A DNA stretch of 52,184 nucleotides from a virus (taxonomy: Duplodnaviria > Caudoviricetes), in the IMG/VR virus record IMGVR_UViG_3300017706_000575, positions 1 through 52,184 of that record; one strand, written 5' to 3'. Positions 15,264 to 25,441 of this stretch are shown here, piece after piece (the first letter of the stretch is position 1; every line of letters starts with the position of its first letter). A program made the position numbers and the translations under genes. Below the pieces are notes generated by a model. It was not told the origin of the DNA. It did not search any database and saw only the letters and a program-made list of their open reading frames with translations.

Positions 15264-18020
15264 ATGAGAGTATTAAATGCAATGCAGTTAAAAAATGGAG
15301 CTAAAGCTGATGGCGTATCTACGTTTTCTAGTTTAACTCAGCCAGTTCAGTTTTTACCATCTAAGGAGAAGACTGATGATTGGGCTGCATGGAATTTAGA
15401 TTGGCTTGAATTACAAGGTGTAGAGTTTTTAAGAATTAATGCAAGAAGGTTATTAAAAAATTATAAGTTAGCTAAAGGTATTATTGATAAGAGTGATTAC
15501 ATTGTTGAACCAGACAATGACTATAAGGAAATGATGGACGTTTTAACAGCTGAAAATGATTCAGCATTAGAACTAAAGTTTTATCCAATTGTACCCAATG
15601 TAATTAATGTATTAAGCGGAGAGTTTTCTAAGAGATATAACAAAGTTCAATTTAGAGCTGTTGATGACAAATCATATAATGAAATGTTAGAACAGAAGAA
15701 GATGCAAATTGAAGAGTCATTATTAGCTGAGGCAGAATCAAATCTTGTAGCAACAATGCTTGAGATGGGTATGGACCCAGCATCTGAAGAAGCTCAGCAA
15801 AAGTTATCACCAGAAGGTCTTAAATCACTTCCTGAAATAGAAGATTTTTTTAGTAAGTCATACAGAAGTATGGTTGAAGAATGGGCATCTCATCAGTTGA
15901 ATGTTGATGAAGAAAGATTCAGAATGCAAGAATTAGAAGAAAGAGCATTTAGAGATAGCCTTATTGCAGATAGAGAGTTTTGGCATTTTAAAATGTTAGA
16001 AGATGATTATGATATTGAATTATGGAATCCCGTATTAACTTTTTATCAAAAATCCCCAGATCAAAGATATATTTCAGATTCTAACTATGTTGGAAAAATT
16101 GATTTGATGACTGTATCTGATGTAGTAGATAAGTATGGCTACTTAATGAATCAGAAGCAATTACAATCTCTTCAAAAAATATATCCAGCAAGATCAGCTC
16201 AATATCAAGTTAATGGGTATCAGAATGATGGAGCATATTATGATGCAACTAGATCTCATGAGTGGAACACTAATGCTCCCGGTCTAGCATATAGACAATA
16301 TGCAAGTAATTACATGGCTGATCCAGAACGTGGTGGAGATATTGTTACCCAAATACTTTCTCAAAGTGAAGATTTAGAAGGCTTTGGTGATAGCAACTTA
16401 ATGAGAGTTTCTACTATATACTGGAAAACTCAAAGAAAAGTTGGACACTTAACTAAGATAGAATTTGATGGTGAGGTAACTCAGGAGATTATTGATGAAA
16501 CATATAAGATATCTGAAAAACCTGTTTATGATACATCTATTTTTAAAAATAAAAGCAAAGAGACTTTATTACAAGGAGAGCATGTAGATTGGATTTGGAT
16601 AAATGAAGTTTGGGGTGGTGTAAAAGTTGGTCCTAATGTTCCTGCCATGTGGAGAACTACAATGGATGATAATGTAAATCCTATATATTTAGGTGTTAAT
16701 AGAACTAAACCTGGAAGATTACCATTCCAATTCAAAGGTAATAATTCACTTTATGGGTGTAAACTTCCTGTAGAAGGTAGAGTTTTTTCTGATAGAAATA
16801 CAAGATCTACCTCACTTGTAGATTTAATGAAAGCATATCAAGTTGGTTATAACATGGTTAATAATCAAATTGCAGATATCCTGATAGATGAGTTAGGAAC
16901 AGTGATAATGTTTGATCAAAATGCTTTACCACGTCATTCAATGGGAGAAGATTGGGGTAAAAATAATTATGCAAAAGCATTTGTAGCAATGAAAGATTTT
17001 CAAATGCTACCTCTAGATACATCAATTACTAATACTGAAAATGCTACAAATTTCAATCATTATCAGACTCTTAATATGGAGCAAACAGGTAGGTTGATGT
17101 CTAGAATTCAACTTGCAAATTACTTTAAACAACAATGTTTTGATGCAATAGGAATTAATCCTCAACGTTTAGGAGGGGCTGTATCAGCTCAAACAGCTAC
17201 AGGGGTAGTTAATGCTATGCAACAGTCTTATGCTCAAACAGAGATTTATTTTGTACAGCATTCAGATCATTTAATGCCTAGAGTACATCAGATGAGAACT
17301 GATTTAGCACAATATTATTATAGCACAAACCCAAGTGTAAGGTTGTCTTATATATCAACAGAAGCACAAAAAGTAAACTTTACAATTAACGGTACTGATT
17401 TATTGTTAAGAGATTTTAATGTTTTTGCAACAACTAAAACAAATCATAGACAAGTCTTAGAACAGTTAAAGCAAATGGCTTTGACTAACAACACTACTGG
17501 AGCCTCTATTTTTGAATTAGGTAATATTGTTAAAGCTGATTCAATTGCTGAAGTAACAGATATCTTAAAAGATTCTGAAACTAGAATGCAAGAACAAAGA
17601 CAGCAAGAAATGCAACAGCAACGTCAAATGCAAGAAGAACAACTTCAAGCTAAGGCTCAAGAAGAGCAAATGAAGTTGCAAGCTGAAATGCAAGAAAATG
17701 ATAAGGATAGACAAAATGATTTAACCATTGCTGAAATAAGAGCTGCAGGATACGGTTCTATGGCTGATATCAATCAAAATCAAGTATCTGATTACCAAGA
17801 TGCAATGAAAGATATTAGAGATTCAACTAGATATCAAGAGCAAGCAAATCTTAAACGTGAAGAAATGAATAGCAAAGGCTCTCTTGAAAAAAGTAGACTA
17901 GAAGTAGAAAGAGAAAAAATTGCTGCAGATAGAGCAATTGCAGACACTAAATTAGCAATTGCTAGAGAAAATAAAAACAAATATGATAACCCTTCTTCAA
18001 AAAAGAAAGAAGATAAATAA
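15264..18020 (+). CDS. portal protein (crAss-like)
   Basis: 918 aa; FYPIVPNVINVLSGE, SLVDLMKAYQVGYN, GINPQRLG..TATGV; Gln-rich coiled-coil C-terminus; TerL-portal-scaffold-MCP order. Confidence 0.88.
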   Translation: MRVLNAMQLKNGAKADGVSTFSSLTQPVQFLPSKEKTDDWAAWNLDWLELQGVEFLRINARRLLKNYKLAKGIIDKSDYIVEPDNDYKEMMDVLTAENDSALELKFYPIVPNVINVLSGEFSKRYNKVQFRAVDDKSYNEMLEQKKMQIEESLLAEAESNLVATMLEMGMDPASEEAQQKLSPEGLKSLPEIEDFFSKSYRSMVEEWASHQLNVDEERFRMQELEERAFRDSLIADREFWHFKMLEDDYDIELWNPVLTFYQKSPDQRYISDSNYVGKIDLMTVSDVVDKYGYLMNQKQLQSLQKIYPARSAQYQVNGYQNDGAYYDATRSHEWNTNAPGLAYRQYASNYMADPERGGDIVTQILSQSEDLEGFGDSNLMRVSTIYWKTQRKVGHLTKIEFDGEVTQEIIDETYKISEKPVYDTSIFKNKSKETLLQGEHVDWIWINEVWGGVKVGPNVPAMWRTTMDDNVNPIYLGVNRTKPGRLPFQFKGNNSLYGCKLPVEGRVFSDRNTRSTSLVDLMKAYQVGYNMVNNQIADILIDELGTVIMFDQNALPRHSMGEDWGKNNYAKAFVAMKDFQMLPLDTSITNTENATNFNHYQTLNMEQTGRLMSRIQLANYFKQQCFDAIGINPQRLGGAVSAQTATGVVNAMQQSYAQTEIYFVQHSDHLMPRVHQMRTDLAQYYYSTNPSVRLSYISTEAQKVNFTINGTDLLLRDFNVFATTKTNHRQVLEQLKQMALTNNTTGASIFELGNIVKADSIAEVTDILKDSETRMQEQRQQEMQQQRQMQEEQLQAKAQEEQMKLQAEMQENDKDRQNDLTIAEIRAAGYGSMADINQNQVSDYQDAMKDIRDSTRYQEQANLKREEMNSKGSLEKSRLEVEREKIAADRAIADTKLAIARENKNKYDNPSSKKKEDK

Positions 18021-18101
18021 TTACTGTTAGCTATATACTGCAAAAAACTTTACTGTTATTACAAATTATATAAGTTTATTACTTTATAACCGATTAAAGT
18101 T

Positions 18102-18121
18102 TTTGTATATTATATATATAA
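18102..18121 (+). promoter_or_regulatory. late-promoter motif TTTGTATATTA-N4-TATA
   Basis: Exact motif about 36 nt upstream of ATG 18148. Confidence 0.65.
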
Positions 18122-18147
18122 GTATTAAATATTAAAACCAACAAGAT

Positions 18148-19464
18148 ATGGATACAAAAGAAAACACTGTGAAAAGTAACGTAGAAACATTAGACATTAA
18201 CTTAGATGAGATCTTTAACGGATCTCCTGGAGCTGATGATGTTACATTACCCGCAGAAGAAAAAAGCAAACCAAATATTTTTACAGGAAAACCAAAAGCA
18301 GACTTTTCATTTGCTGATCCTGATGAGGATGGTGTAGATGATTTATCAGCTAAATCAAAAGAAGAAGAAAAAACAACTGAACAAGTTGAAGAAGTTGAAG
18401 CAGCAAAGCCTGTTGAAACAGATGATGCTCAGATGTCTAAAAAAGACACAGATGACATTATGGATTCTTTAACAGATGAGGTTGAAGATGCTGAAGAAGA
18501 AAAAAGGGAAACAAGAGGTAGAAAATCTATATCCGGAATAAGTGATGTATTTAACAAACTTATAAAGGCTGATAAAATAGTTCCTTTTGATGATGATAAG
18601 GAATTAGCAGATTATACAGCTAAAGATTGGGAGGAACTTATTGAGGCTAACTTAGAAGAGAAGGCTAATCAAGCAAGACGTGAAACTCCAAAGCAATTTT
18701 TTGCAAGTTTACCAGAAGAGCTACAAGTTGCGGCTAGATATGTAGCAGATGGAGGACAAGATTTAAAAGGTTTGTTTTCAACTTTAGCTCAGGTAGAAGA
18801 AACTAGGACTTTAGATATTAAATCTGAATCAGGGCAGGAAACAATTATCAGAGAATATTTAGGTGCTACAGGATATGGCACACAAGAAGAAATCTCTGAA
18901 GAAATTGAGATATGGAAAGATTTAGGAAAACTTGAACAACAAGCTTCAAAGTTTAAACCTAAGTTAGATAAAATGCAAGAAAAAGTTGTTGCAAAAAAGA
19001 TTGAAGAACAAGATCTTAAAAGAAAGCAACAAGAGCAGGCATCTAAAACGTACATGTCTAATGTATATGAAACATTAAAAGACGGTAACTTAGGTGACAT
19101 TAAGATAGATAAAAGAACACAAGCAATGTTGTATAATGGTTTAGTTCAACCAAGTTATCCTTCAGTTAGTGGGAAAAATACAAATTTACTTGGACACTTA
19201 TTAGAAAAGTATCAATTTGTTGAACCTAACTATAATTTGATTTCTGAAGCTTTATGGTTATTGCAAGATCCAGAAGGATACAAGTCAAAAATCATGGATA
19301 AAGGAGCTCAAAAAAGTGTTGAGAAAACAGTTAGAAAATTAAAAACTGAACAGGCAAATGCAGGCGGATCTAATTCTCTAGGTATACAAGAGAAGGAAGA
19401 AACTAAAAGAAAGTCAAGTGGTAGAAAGCTACCAAGAACCAACAACATTTTCAAAAGGATTTAA
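18148..19464 (+). CDS. scaffold-like protein upstream of the major capsid gene
   Basis: Acidic low-complexity N-terminus, helical/coiled-coil C-terminus; conserved position between portal and MCP. Confidence 0.7.
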   Translation: MDTKENTVKSNVETLDINLDEIFNGSPGADDVTLPAEEKSKPNIFTGKPKADFSFADPDEDGVDDLSAKSKEEEKTTEQVEEVEAAKPVETDDAQMSKKDTDDIMDSLTDEVEDAEEEKRETRGRKSISGISDVFNKLIKADKIVPFDDDKELADYTAKDWEELIEANLEEKANQARRETPKQFFASLPEELQVAARYVADGGQDLKGLFSTLAQVEETRTLDIKSESGQETIIREYLGATGYGTQEEISEEIEIWKDLGKLEQQASKFKPKLDKMQEKVVAKKIEEQDLKRKQQEQASKTYMSNVYETLKDGNLGDIKIDKRTQAMLYNGLVQPSYPSVSGKNTNLLGHLLEKYQFVEPNYNLISEALWLLQDPEGYKSKIMDKGAQKSVEKTVRKLKTEQANAGGSNSLGIQEKEETKRKSSGRKLPRTNNIFKRI

Positions 19465-19514
19465 TAATCACAAATAAATAAATAAATAATAACAATTAAA
19501 AACAAGTAAAAATT

Positions 19515-21134
19515 ATGGCAACTCCAGTATTAAATAATGGAATTTTCCTAAGAGATACAAGCTACAAAGCTAGTTCTCATGTTGATTCTTATCACCTAAC
19601 CCAGATGCTTGGTAACGCTGAGCCTATGGACATGGGACCAGTAGATCTTTGGGCAATGACCCAGAAGGTAGAAATGCCTTTGTATCAGATGGCTTCATTC
19701 GGTGGAAAGAACACAATCATGGTGGACAACGCACGTGGTGAGTACAAATGGCAAACTCCAATTGCTCAAGATCTTCCATACATTGTGGCAGACATTGAAG
19801 CGGCAAACACAAACAAAGGTGTAGATGGTACAACCTTTAAAATTAAAATTTCCAAAAGAACTTTTGGTCATGGTGATATTATTACTTATGACAAGTACAA
19901 TGGATTAGAACTTTACATTACAGCAGATGATATTATCCCTGCAGGTGACGGTTTTATCTACACAGTTCAATTGGTAAACAACAACAATGCAGCTATCTTG
20001 GATAACAAGTATTTAGCTAAAGGTACTAAATTCTTCAGAAAAGGTTCTGCAAGAGGTGAGTATGGAGAAAGATTCTCTGACATTGAAACAGGTTCTGGTT
20101 TCCGTGAATTCTACAATTTCGTAGGGGGAGCAGAAGCACATGTACATTATTCTATTTCTAGCCGTGCTGATCTTATGATCAAAGGTGGCTTGAATGCTGA
20201 TGGTACTGTACCAGTAACTGAAATATGGAGAAACTTTGATACAGACTCTAACAATCCTTCAGTTCCTTCTATTGAGGGTCTGATTGCTAATATGGGTAAA
20301 GCTGGTGCAAGAGAAGCATTTGAAAATGGTACTCTTACTAGAACTTTCATTACTAATATGGAAGCAGCTCACTTATCTAAAATTGCTACGGATATTGAAA
20401 CTTACCTAATGTGGGGTAAAGGTGGTAGAGTAAAACAAGACGGACCAGATGATATTAGATTGTCTGTTGGTCTTTGGTCTCAGTTAGATAACTCTTTCAA
20501 AAGAGTATATAACAAGTCCTCATTTACTCTTGACATGTTTAAGTCTGAGCTTTACAACTTCTATCAAGGTAAAGTTGAATTTAAAGGGCCAGACCCACAA
20601 AGATCACTTGTTGTTCAAACAGGTATTGCAGGTATGCAACTAATTAACAAAGCTATTGCTGATGAAGTATATGGTTCTGGTTTAGTTCAAAATGCTAGTG
20701 ATATTGGTGCGGTAACAGGTAAAGGTATGGATTTAGATTATGGTTTTGCTTACACAAGCTTTACTATTCCTTTCCTTGCTAATGTTAAGTTTGTACTTAA
20801 CCCAGCATTTGATAACTTAAATACAAATGATATTGAGAATCCATTGATTGATGGAAGACCTTTAAGTTCTTATAGCTTTATCATTTTTGATGTTACAGAT
20901 GAAGGAAATGACAACATTCACTTGTTGAAACTTTCTTGGGATAATCAACTCAAGTGGTTCTACCAAAATGGTACTATGGACTACATGGGAAGAACTCAAG
21001 GGTTTGCATCTACAGGAAACTTTAATGGTTACCGTGTAATGATGTCTCAAACTATGCCAGCTATTTGGGTAAAAGATCCAACTAAAGTTCTTAAAATTGT
21101 AATGAGAAACCCTGTTACAGGAGGATCATTCTAG
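19515..21134 (+). CDS. major capsid protein (crAss-like HK97 fold)
   Basis: 539 aa; position, strongly biased codon usage (TTC, AAC, TAC, CGT), ETYLMWGKGG..VGLWSQL, AIWVKDPT, strong terminator after the gene. Confidence 0.88.
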   Translation: MATPVLNNGIFLRDTSYKASSHVDSYHLTQMLGNAEPMDMGPVDLWAMTQKVEMPLYQMASFGGKNTIMVDNARGEYKWQTPIAQDLPYIVADIEAANTNKGVDGTTFKIKISKRTFGHGDIITYDKYNGLELYITADDIIPAGDGFIYTVQLVNNNNAAILDNKYLAKGTKFFRKGSARGEYGERFSDIETGSGFREFYNFVGGAEAHVHYSISSRADLMIKGGLNADGTVPVTEIWRNFDTDSNNPSVPSIEGLIANMGKAGAREAFENGTLTRTFITNMEAAHLSKIATDIETYLMWGKGGRVKQDGPDDIRLSVGLWSQLDNSFKRVYNKSSFTLDMFKSELYNFYQGKVEFKGPDPQRSLVVQTGIAGMQLINKAIADEVYGSGLVQNASDIGAVTGKGMDLDYGFAYTSFTIPFLANVKFVLNPAFDNLNTNDIENPLIDGRPLSSYSFIIFDVTDEGNDNIHLLKLSWDNQLKWFYQNGTMDYMGRTQGFASTGNFNGYRVMMSQTMPAIWVKDPTKVLKIVMRNPVTGGSF

Positions 21135-21145
21135 AACTAATAATT

Positions 21146-21180
21146 AAAGGGGGGGAGTTAAACCTCCTCCCTTTTTTTTT
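21146..21180 (+). terminator. intrinsic terminator after MCP
   Basis: AAAGGGGGGGAG-TTAAAC-CTCCTCCC followed by T9. Confidence 0.85.
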
Positions 21181-21200
21181 AATCTTTAAAACAAATAATC

Positions 21201-21395
21201 ATGGGACTAGATATAAAAAAAGCAAATAAAACTACTGAATTCACTAATTTAAGTGTTTCTAAAATTATTGCTTCTAAAGCCGTTGGTAAAGATATATTAG
21301 TCAAAGACTATGCAAATAATGCTGCAGCCGTTGCAGCAGGTTTAGTCAAAGGTGATCTATATCATTCCAGTGGAGATTTAAAGGTGGTAGTATAA
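21201..21395 (+). CDS. small virion-associated protein
   Basis: YANNAAAVAAGLVKGDLYH..GDLKVV resembles motifs at C-termini of phage fibre/decoration proteins. Confidence 0.65.
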   Translation: MGLDIKKANKTTEFTNLSVSKIIASKAVGKDILVKDYANNAAAVAAGLVKGDLYHSSGDLKVVV

Positions 21396-21398
21396 TAA

Positions 21399-21480
21399 AA
21401 GTCAAAAAACTTTAGCAAGCGTAATACCTTGCTTTAGAAATTAGTAATAATAAATGTACATAAATATGTACCTTTGACTT
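21399..21480 (+). ncRNA. candidate three-way-junction cis-regulatory RNA
   Basis: Outer stem AAGTCAAA/TTTGACTT enclosing hairpins AGCAAG/CTTGCT and GTACAT/ATGTAC. Confidence 0.4.
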
Positions 21481-21513
21481 AAAATAGTTATTAATTAATA
21501 AACCAAAAAAAAG

Positions 21514-22530
21514 ATGAATGATTACACAATTGTAGAAAAGTATCAACAAAGTAAAGATCAGACTATTGCTATACGTCCTTTCTTTAATCCAACTAAAGAA
21601 AATATGGGGTTAGAACAGTATGGTCTCTCACTCCATGATGGAGTATTTCATGAAGAATCTTTAGCCTGTTTAGAAATGAATGGTGTTAAAAGATATGTAA
21701 CTGGACTTAATGAATTTGCACCTGAAGTAAAATTATTACCAAAGGATAAAAAAATAGCAAAGATTAAAGAAATAAGACAAGTAGTTGCTCAATTAGAGGC
21801 AGAACTAGCAGCTAATGTAGTTGACCCGGAAGATAAAGATTTCTGGAATAAGTTAACAGTAATGAAGCCTGATAACTCTAAATTTTGGGATAAAATCAGT
21901 TTAAGATGTGGTAATGAACCAGTATTTTTAGATCCTATGAAAGATCCGTATGATCTTATAAAGTTACATGCTATTAATGCAGGAGGTTTTTCAATAGTTG
22001 CAGGATCATTAAGAGAAGCAAGAGCAATGAATAATTCTCCTAAATTTTATTTAGATACTGCACAAGAATCATTATCAACTAGAACAGAGTTGAGTAAATT
22101 GAAAAATAAAGCATTAGTTGCTTTACAGAATATGTATGACTCTAACGTTACTAAACTAATGTATGTTGCTAAAATATGTGATATAGATAGTGTGCAGTAT
22201 GTTAAAGCTACACCTAATGATGTATTATATGAAAATATGGACACATACATTAACGGTTTTGGAGCAGAGTCATCTAAAAAAAGAGCAGCATCTCAATTCT
22301 TAGAAGCTTCTGGATTATCTATGGAAGAATTAAAAATAAGAGCACTTATAAAAGATGGCCTTTATTATAGATTTATTACAACAAAAGCAGGTGGATGGAT
22401 TGAACCAATTGACAGTGGTGTTAAGTTTGGTAAAACCCCATCAGAATGTTTAACGTTCTTACAAAATCCAGAAAATGAAGAATCCTTAATGTCACTTTTA
22501 GAAAAGGTTGAACCATATTGGAATTCATAA
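21514..22530 (+). CDS. conserved crAss-like protein downstream of MCP
   Basis: 338 aa; position in the capsid block; RYVTGLNE, FLDPMKDPYDLIK, FLQNPENEE. Confidence 0.7.
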   Translation: MNDYTIVEKYQQSKDQTIAIRPFFNPTKENMGLEQYGLSLHDGVFHEESLACLEMNGVKRYVTGLNEFAPEVKLLPKDKKIAKIKEIRQVVAQLEAELAANVVDPEDKDFWNKLTVMKPDNSKFWDKISLRCGNEPVFLDPMKDPYDLIKLHAINAGGFSIVAGSLREARAMNNSPKFYLDTAQESLSTRTELSKLKNKALVALQNMYDSNVTKLMYVAKICDIDSVQYVKATPNDVLYENMDTYINGFGAESSKKRAASQFLEASGLSMEELKIRALIKDGLYYRFITTKAGGWIEPIDSGVKFGKTPSECLTFLQNPENEESLMSLLEKVEPYWNS

Positions 22531-22541
22531 AAATATAGAAA

Positions 22542-23249
22542 ATGAACAATGACACTCTTTTACTAAAATTAAAACAAAGGCTTAACAAACTAGACAGTCA
22601 AGATTATGACAATATAGAATGTTGGCAATTTGTAGAAGCTTTTAACAAGGTTCAATTAGAGTGGTGTAGAAGAAATCTGCATGGGGGAAACATGTATAAA
22701 GAAGGAGATGAGTTATCTAAAAAAAGAATAGATGATTTACAACCTTTATTAATAGAGCTTTCTTTAACTGGAACTATTACAGATACATATTTTGAATCAA
22801 ATAATTTTCCAGTAGATGAGTATTTAGAATATAAAAGAGTTGGCACTGATGCTACCTCAGAATGCTGTACAGATCCAAGATCTATGACAGTATATTTATC
22901 TGAAGTAGCAAATGTTCCTTTATTGTTAAGAGATCCTTTAAAAAATCCTGATTTTGAATGGGGTGAAACTTTCTGCACAATGCAGAATAATACAATAAGA
23001 ATTTATAGAAATACAGATTTTAATATTGTAAATCCAGTTTTAACTTACTACAGAAAACCAGTATATATTGAAGTATTAGGATGTACTGATCCATATACAG
23101 GAGTAACAAGTACAGTAAATATTGAATGTGAATTTAAAGATGATGTAACAGAACTTATGTTAGATGATACAGCATCATTGATTGCAGGAGATATAGAAAA
23201 TATATATCAACAACAAAGAGGTCAAGCTGCTGCTGAACGTAATAACTAA
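22542..23249 (+). CDS. head-tail adaptor / ring protein (crAss-like)
   Basis: LKQRLNKLDSQDY...FNKVQ..SKKRIDDLQPLL...LTYYRKP; position in the capsid block. Confidence 0.65.
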   Translation: MNNDTLLLKLKQRLNKLDSQDYDNIECWQFVEAFNKVQLEWCRRNLHGGNMYKEGDELSKKRIDDLQPLLIELSLTGTITDTYFESNNFPVDEYLEYKRVGTDATSECCTDPRSMTVYLSEVANVPLLLRDPLKNPDFEWGETFCTMQNNTIRIYRNTDFNIVNPVLTYYRKPVYIEVLGCTDPYTGVTSTVNIECEFKDDVTELMLDDTASLIAGDIENIYQQQRGQAAAERNN

Positions 23250-23254
23250 TTATT

Positions 23255-23701
23255 ATGGAATATAGATCATTAAAAAAAGATGGTGATAAAAAGTCTAAAG
23301 GAATAGGAAGACTTAGCAGTTCCCTTCATGATCAGACTGCTGAATTAGTGGTTGAATTAATGAATGCTGCCACTAGTTTTCATAAACTTCATTTATCTGT
23401 AACAGGAGATGGTTCATATGCTCAGCATAAAGCATTAAATGAAATTTATGATGCTTTACCAGAATTAGCAGATACAATTGCTGAGGGTATGCAAGGTGCT
23501 TGTGAAAAGATATTAAACTATCCTGATAAAGCTCCTGTAAGTTTAAGTGGTGTTGATGGTGCAGTTCAATATCTTAGAAATTTAACTGAAGAAGTAAACC
23601 AATTACAAGCAGTTATGCCTTATTCAGAAATAATAAATAATCTTGATCTTGTTAAGGATTCTATTAATACTGCAAAATATAAGTTGATTTTCTTATCTTA
23701 A
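23255..23701 (+). CDS. Dps/ferritin-like four-helix protein
   Basis: FHKLHL..SYAQHKALNEIYDALPELADTIAE ferroxidase-like H/D/E pattern; C-terminal KYKLIFL. Confidence 0.75.
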   Translation: MEYRSLKKDGDKKSKGIGRLSSSLHDQTAELVVELMNAATSFHKLHLSVTGDGSYAQHKALNEIYDALPELADTIAEGMQGACEKILNYPDKAPVSLSGVDGAVQYLRNLTEEVNQLQAVMPYSEIINNLDLVKDSINTAKYKLIFLS

Positions 23702-23720
23702 TTTGATTAAGTAACAATAA

Positions 23721-23741
23721 TTGCTTATATTATTAATGTAC
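23721..23741 (+). promoter_or_regulatory. variant late-promoter motif TTGCTTATATTA-N4-TGTA
   Basis: Same TATATTA-N4-TRTA core, intergenic. Confidence 0.4.
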
Positions 23742-23783
23742 AATGAAGTACAAATATATATATCTAATTAAAAATTAAAAATT

Positions 23784-25316
23784 ATGGCTTATTTTAATCA
23801 TGCGTTTAACAAAACGTTTATTGCAGACAGCACGCTGAGAGCGGCTGGTACTGCAACAAGTGCTCTCACTGCAGGGCAACTAGCTCTAGTGGATGGTGCA
23901 GACTGGGAATCAGTTGCATTACCAGGTGGAGCTGCTGTTCCAGCAATTGGAACAGGAGATCTTGCATATGTAGTGCAAGGATCATTTTACACTAAAGACA
24001 GTATTGGAAACAATCCTGGTCATGGTGGTTACAAAGAATCAGTAAAATCTAAAGGTATCAACCCGAAGTATATTACTAGACTTTGGAAAACAAACTGTAT
24101 TGAGGCTACTCAAGCAACTGCTTCTTTAGCATTAGGTGCTGAATGTACTCCATGTGGAACTACACAATTCATGAGAATGGATGTTAAAGGTTCTCCAGCA
24201 TTACGTTTTTTAAATCACAATGCTTATGCAATTGGTGATTCTGCAAATCTTTGCTGTATTGATGGACAAGAATTTTTGGATCCTGCATTAGTGTTAGCTA
24301 CTGAAGCTGCACAAGTTGTTGGAAACATGTTAGCAAAAGATGCTGTTGGATATGACGCTGGTAATCCACTAATCACTCCTTTTACAAAAGAAGCTGATTT
24401 AGATGGTGTTTTAACTGCTACTTTAGTTGGTGGTACAGGTTATGCTGTTGCTGACGGAGTTGCTACTACTGTTGCTTCTCCTTCTGTAGGATCTGGTGCA
24501 TTAATTAACATTTTAACTGTTGCAGGTGGTGCAATTGCTACTTATAGCTTTGCTTCACAAGGTTCAGGTTATGCTGTTGGTGATGTATTAACAGTTTCTG
24601 GTGGTGGCGGTGATGCAACATTAACTGTTACTGCTGTAACTGAAGGTGGTGTTGTAGTAAATGTAACCGATGCTGCTGGACAGGTTGTTTCAAATATTTA
24701 TTCAATTGCTCAAGCGCAAGGTCTTGCTGCTGCAGGAAATTATGTTCCTTCAACAACTCCTAACGCTGCTGCAGCTACTGTAGATGCAGTTGTTCATTTT
24801 GTTGGAGCTTATGTTAGCACTGAATTTGGAAACTGTTCTTTTGATACAAGAGACTTTTATGGCAAAGAGCCTGTAGAGATTATTGCAAGTATCTTAGATG
24901 AAACTGGAGATCCATGTAATGATTGTGGTACTGCTGCAAGAACTGCTGGTCAAATGCAACAAACTCAAGGTGAGCAAGTAATTAGAGAATTAATTTTATC
25001 TGAAAGATACCGTCAGTCTCCTTACAATCAAGGAAACAGAGACAGTGCTAGAATCAGAGAAATTGAAATGTCTGATGAACTTCTTGCTGCTGTAGATAGA
25101 ACTGAAACTTACAGAGCATATTATATTCAACACACTGTGCCAAGATTTAACAATCCAACTGGTGTATTTGATAATGATCAATATGTATACAAAGTATATG
25201 TAAAGTGTTCTGATGCTGGTGCACAAGGTGAGTTAGATGATCTATTTGAAGGTTTGGCTGCATGGGCAAGTGACAACGGCAATAAAATTGCTATTGAAAC
25301 AAATCCAGTATGGTAA
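23784..25316 (+). CDS. abundant structural protein (auxiliary capsid protein-like) with inserted Gly/Ala/Val-rich domain
   Basis: MAYFNHAF start, position in the crAss capsid block, own promoter motif and terminator. Confidence 0.6.
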   Translation: MAYFNHAFNKTFIADSTLRAAGTATSALTAGQLALVDGADWESVALPGGAAVPAIGTGDLAYVVQGSFYTKDSIGNNPGHGGYKESVKSKGINPKYITRLWKTNCIEATQATASLALGAECTPCGTTQFMRMDVKGSPALRFLNHNAYAIGDSANLCCIDGQEFLDPALVLATEAAQVVGNMLAKDAVGYDAGNPLITPFTKEADLDGVLTATLVGGTGYAVADGVATTVASPSVGSGALINILTVAGGAIATYSFASQGSGYAVGDVLTVSGGGGDATLTVTAVTEGGVVVNVTDAAGQVVSNIYSIAQAQGLAAAGNYVPSTTPNAAAATVDAVVHFVGAYVSTEFGNCSFDTRDFYGKEPVEIIASILDETGDPCNDCGTAARTAGQMQQTQGEQVIRELILSERYRQSPYNQGNRDSARIREIEMSDELLAAVDRTETYRAYYIQHTVPRFNNPTGVFDNDQYVYKVYVKCSDAGAQGELDDLFEGLAAWASDNGNKIAIETNPVW

Positions 25317-25347
25317 ACATATAATCTAGCATTATATAATCTTAATT

Positions 25348-25382
25348 AGAGCAGGAGAAATAAAAAACTCCTGCTCTTTTTA
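25348..25382 (+). terminator. intrinsic terminator
   Basis: AGAGCAGGAG-loop-CTCCTGCTCT followed by T-run. Confidence 0.85.
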
Positions 25383-25402
25383 TTTTATATTCTCTGTATT
25401 TT

Positions 25403-25422
25403 TTTGTATATTATCTATATAG
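25403..25422 (+). promoter_or_regulatory. late-promoter motif TTTGTATATTA-N4-TATA
   Basis: Exact motif upstream of ATG 25442. Confidence 0.65.
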
Positions 25423-25441
25423 TGTGATAAAGTAATATAAA

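Noticed and set aside
13057-21134. Introns or inteins in terminase, portal or MCP
   Set aside because: ORFs are continuous and of expected size, with no evident intein or homing-endonuclease motifs
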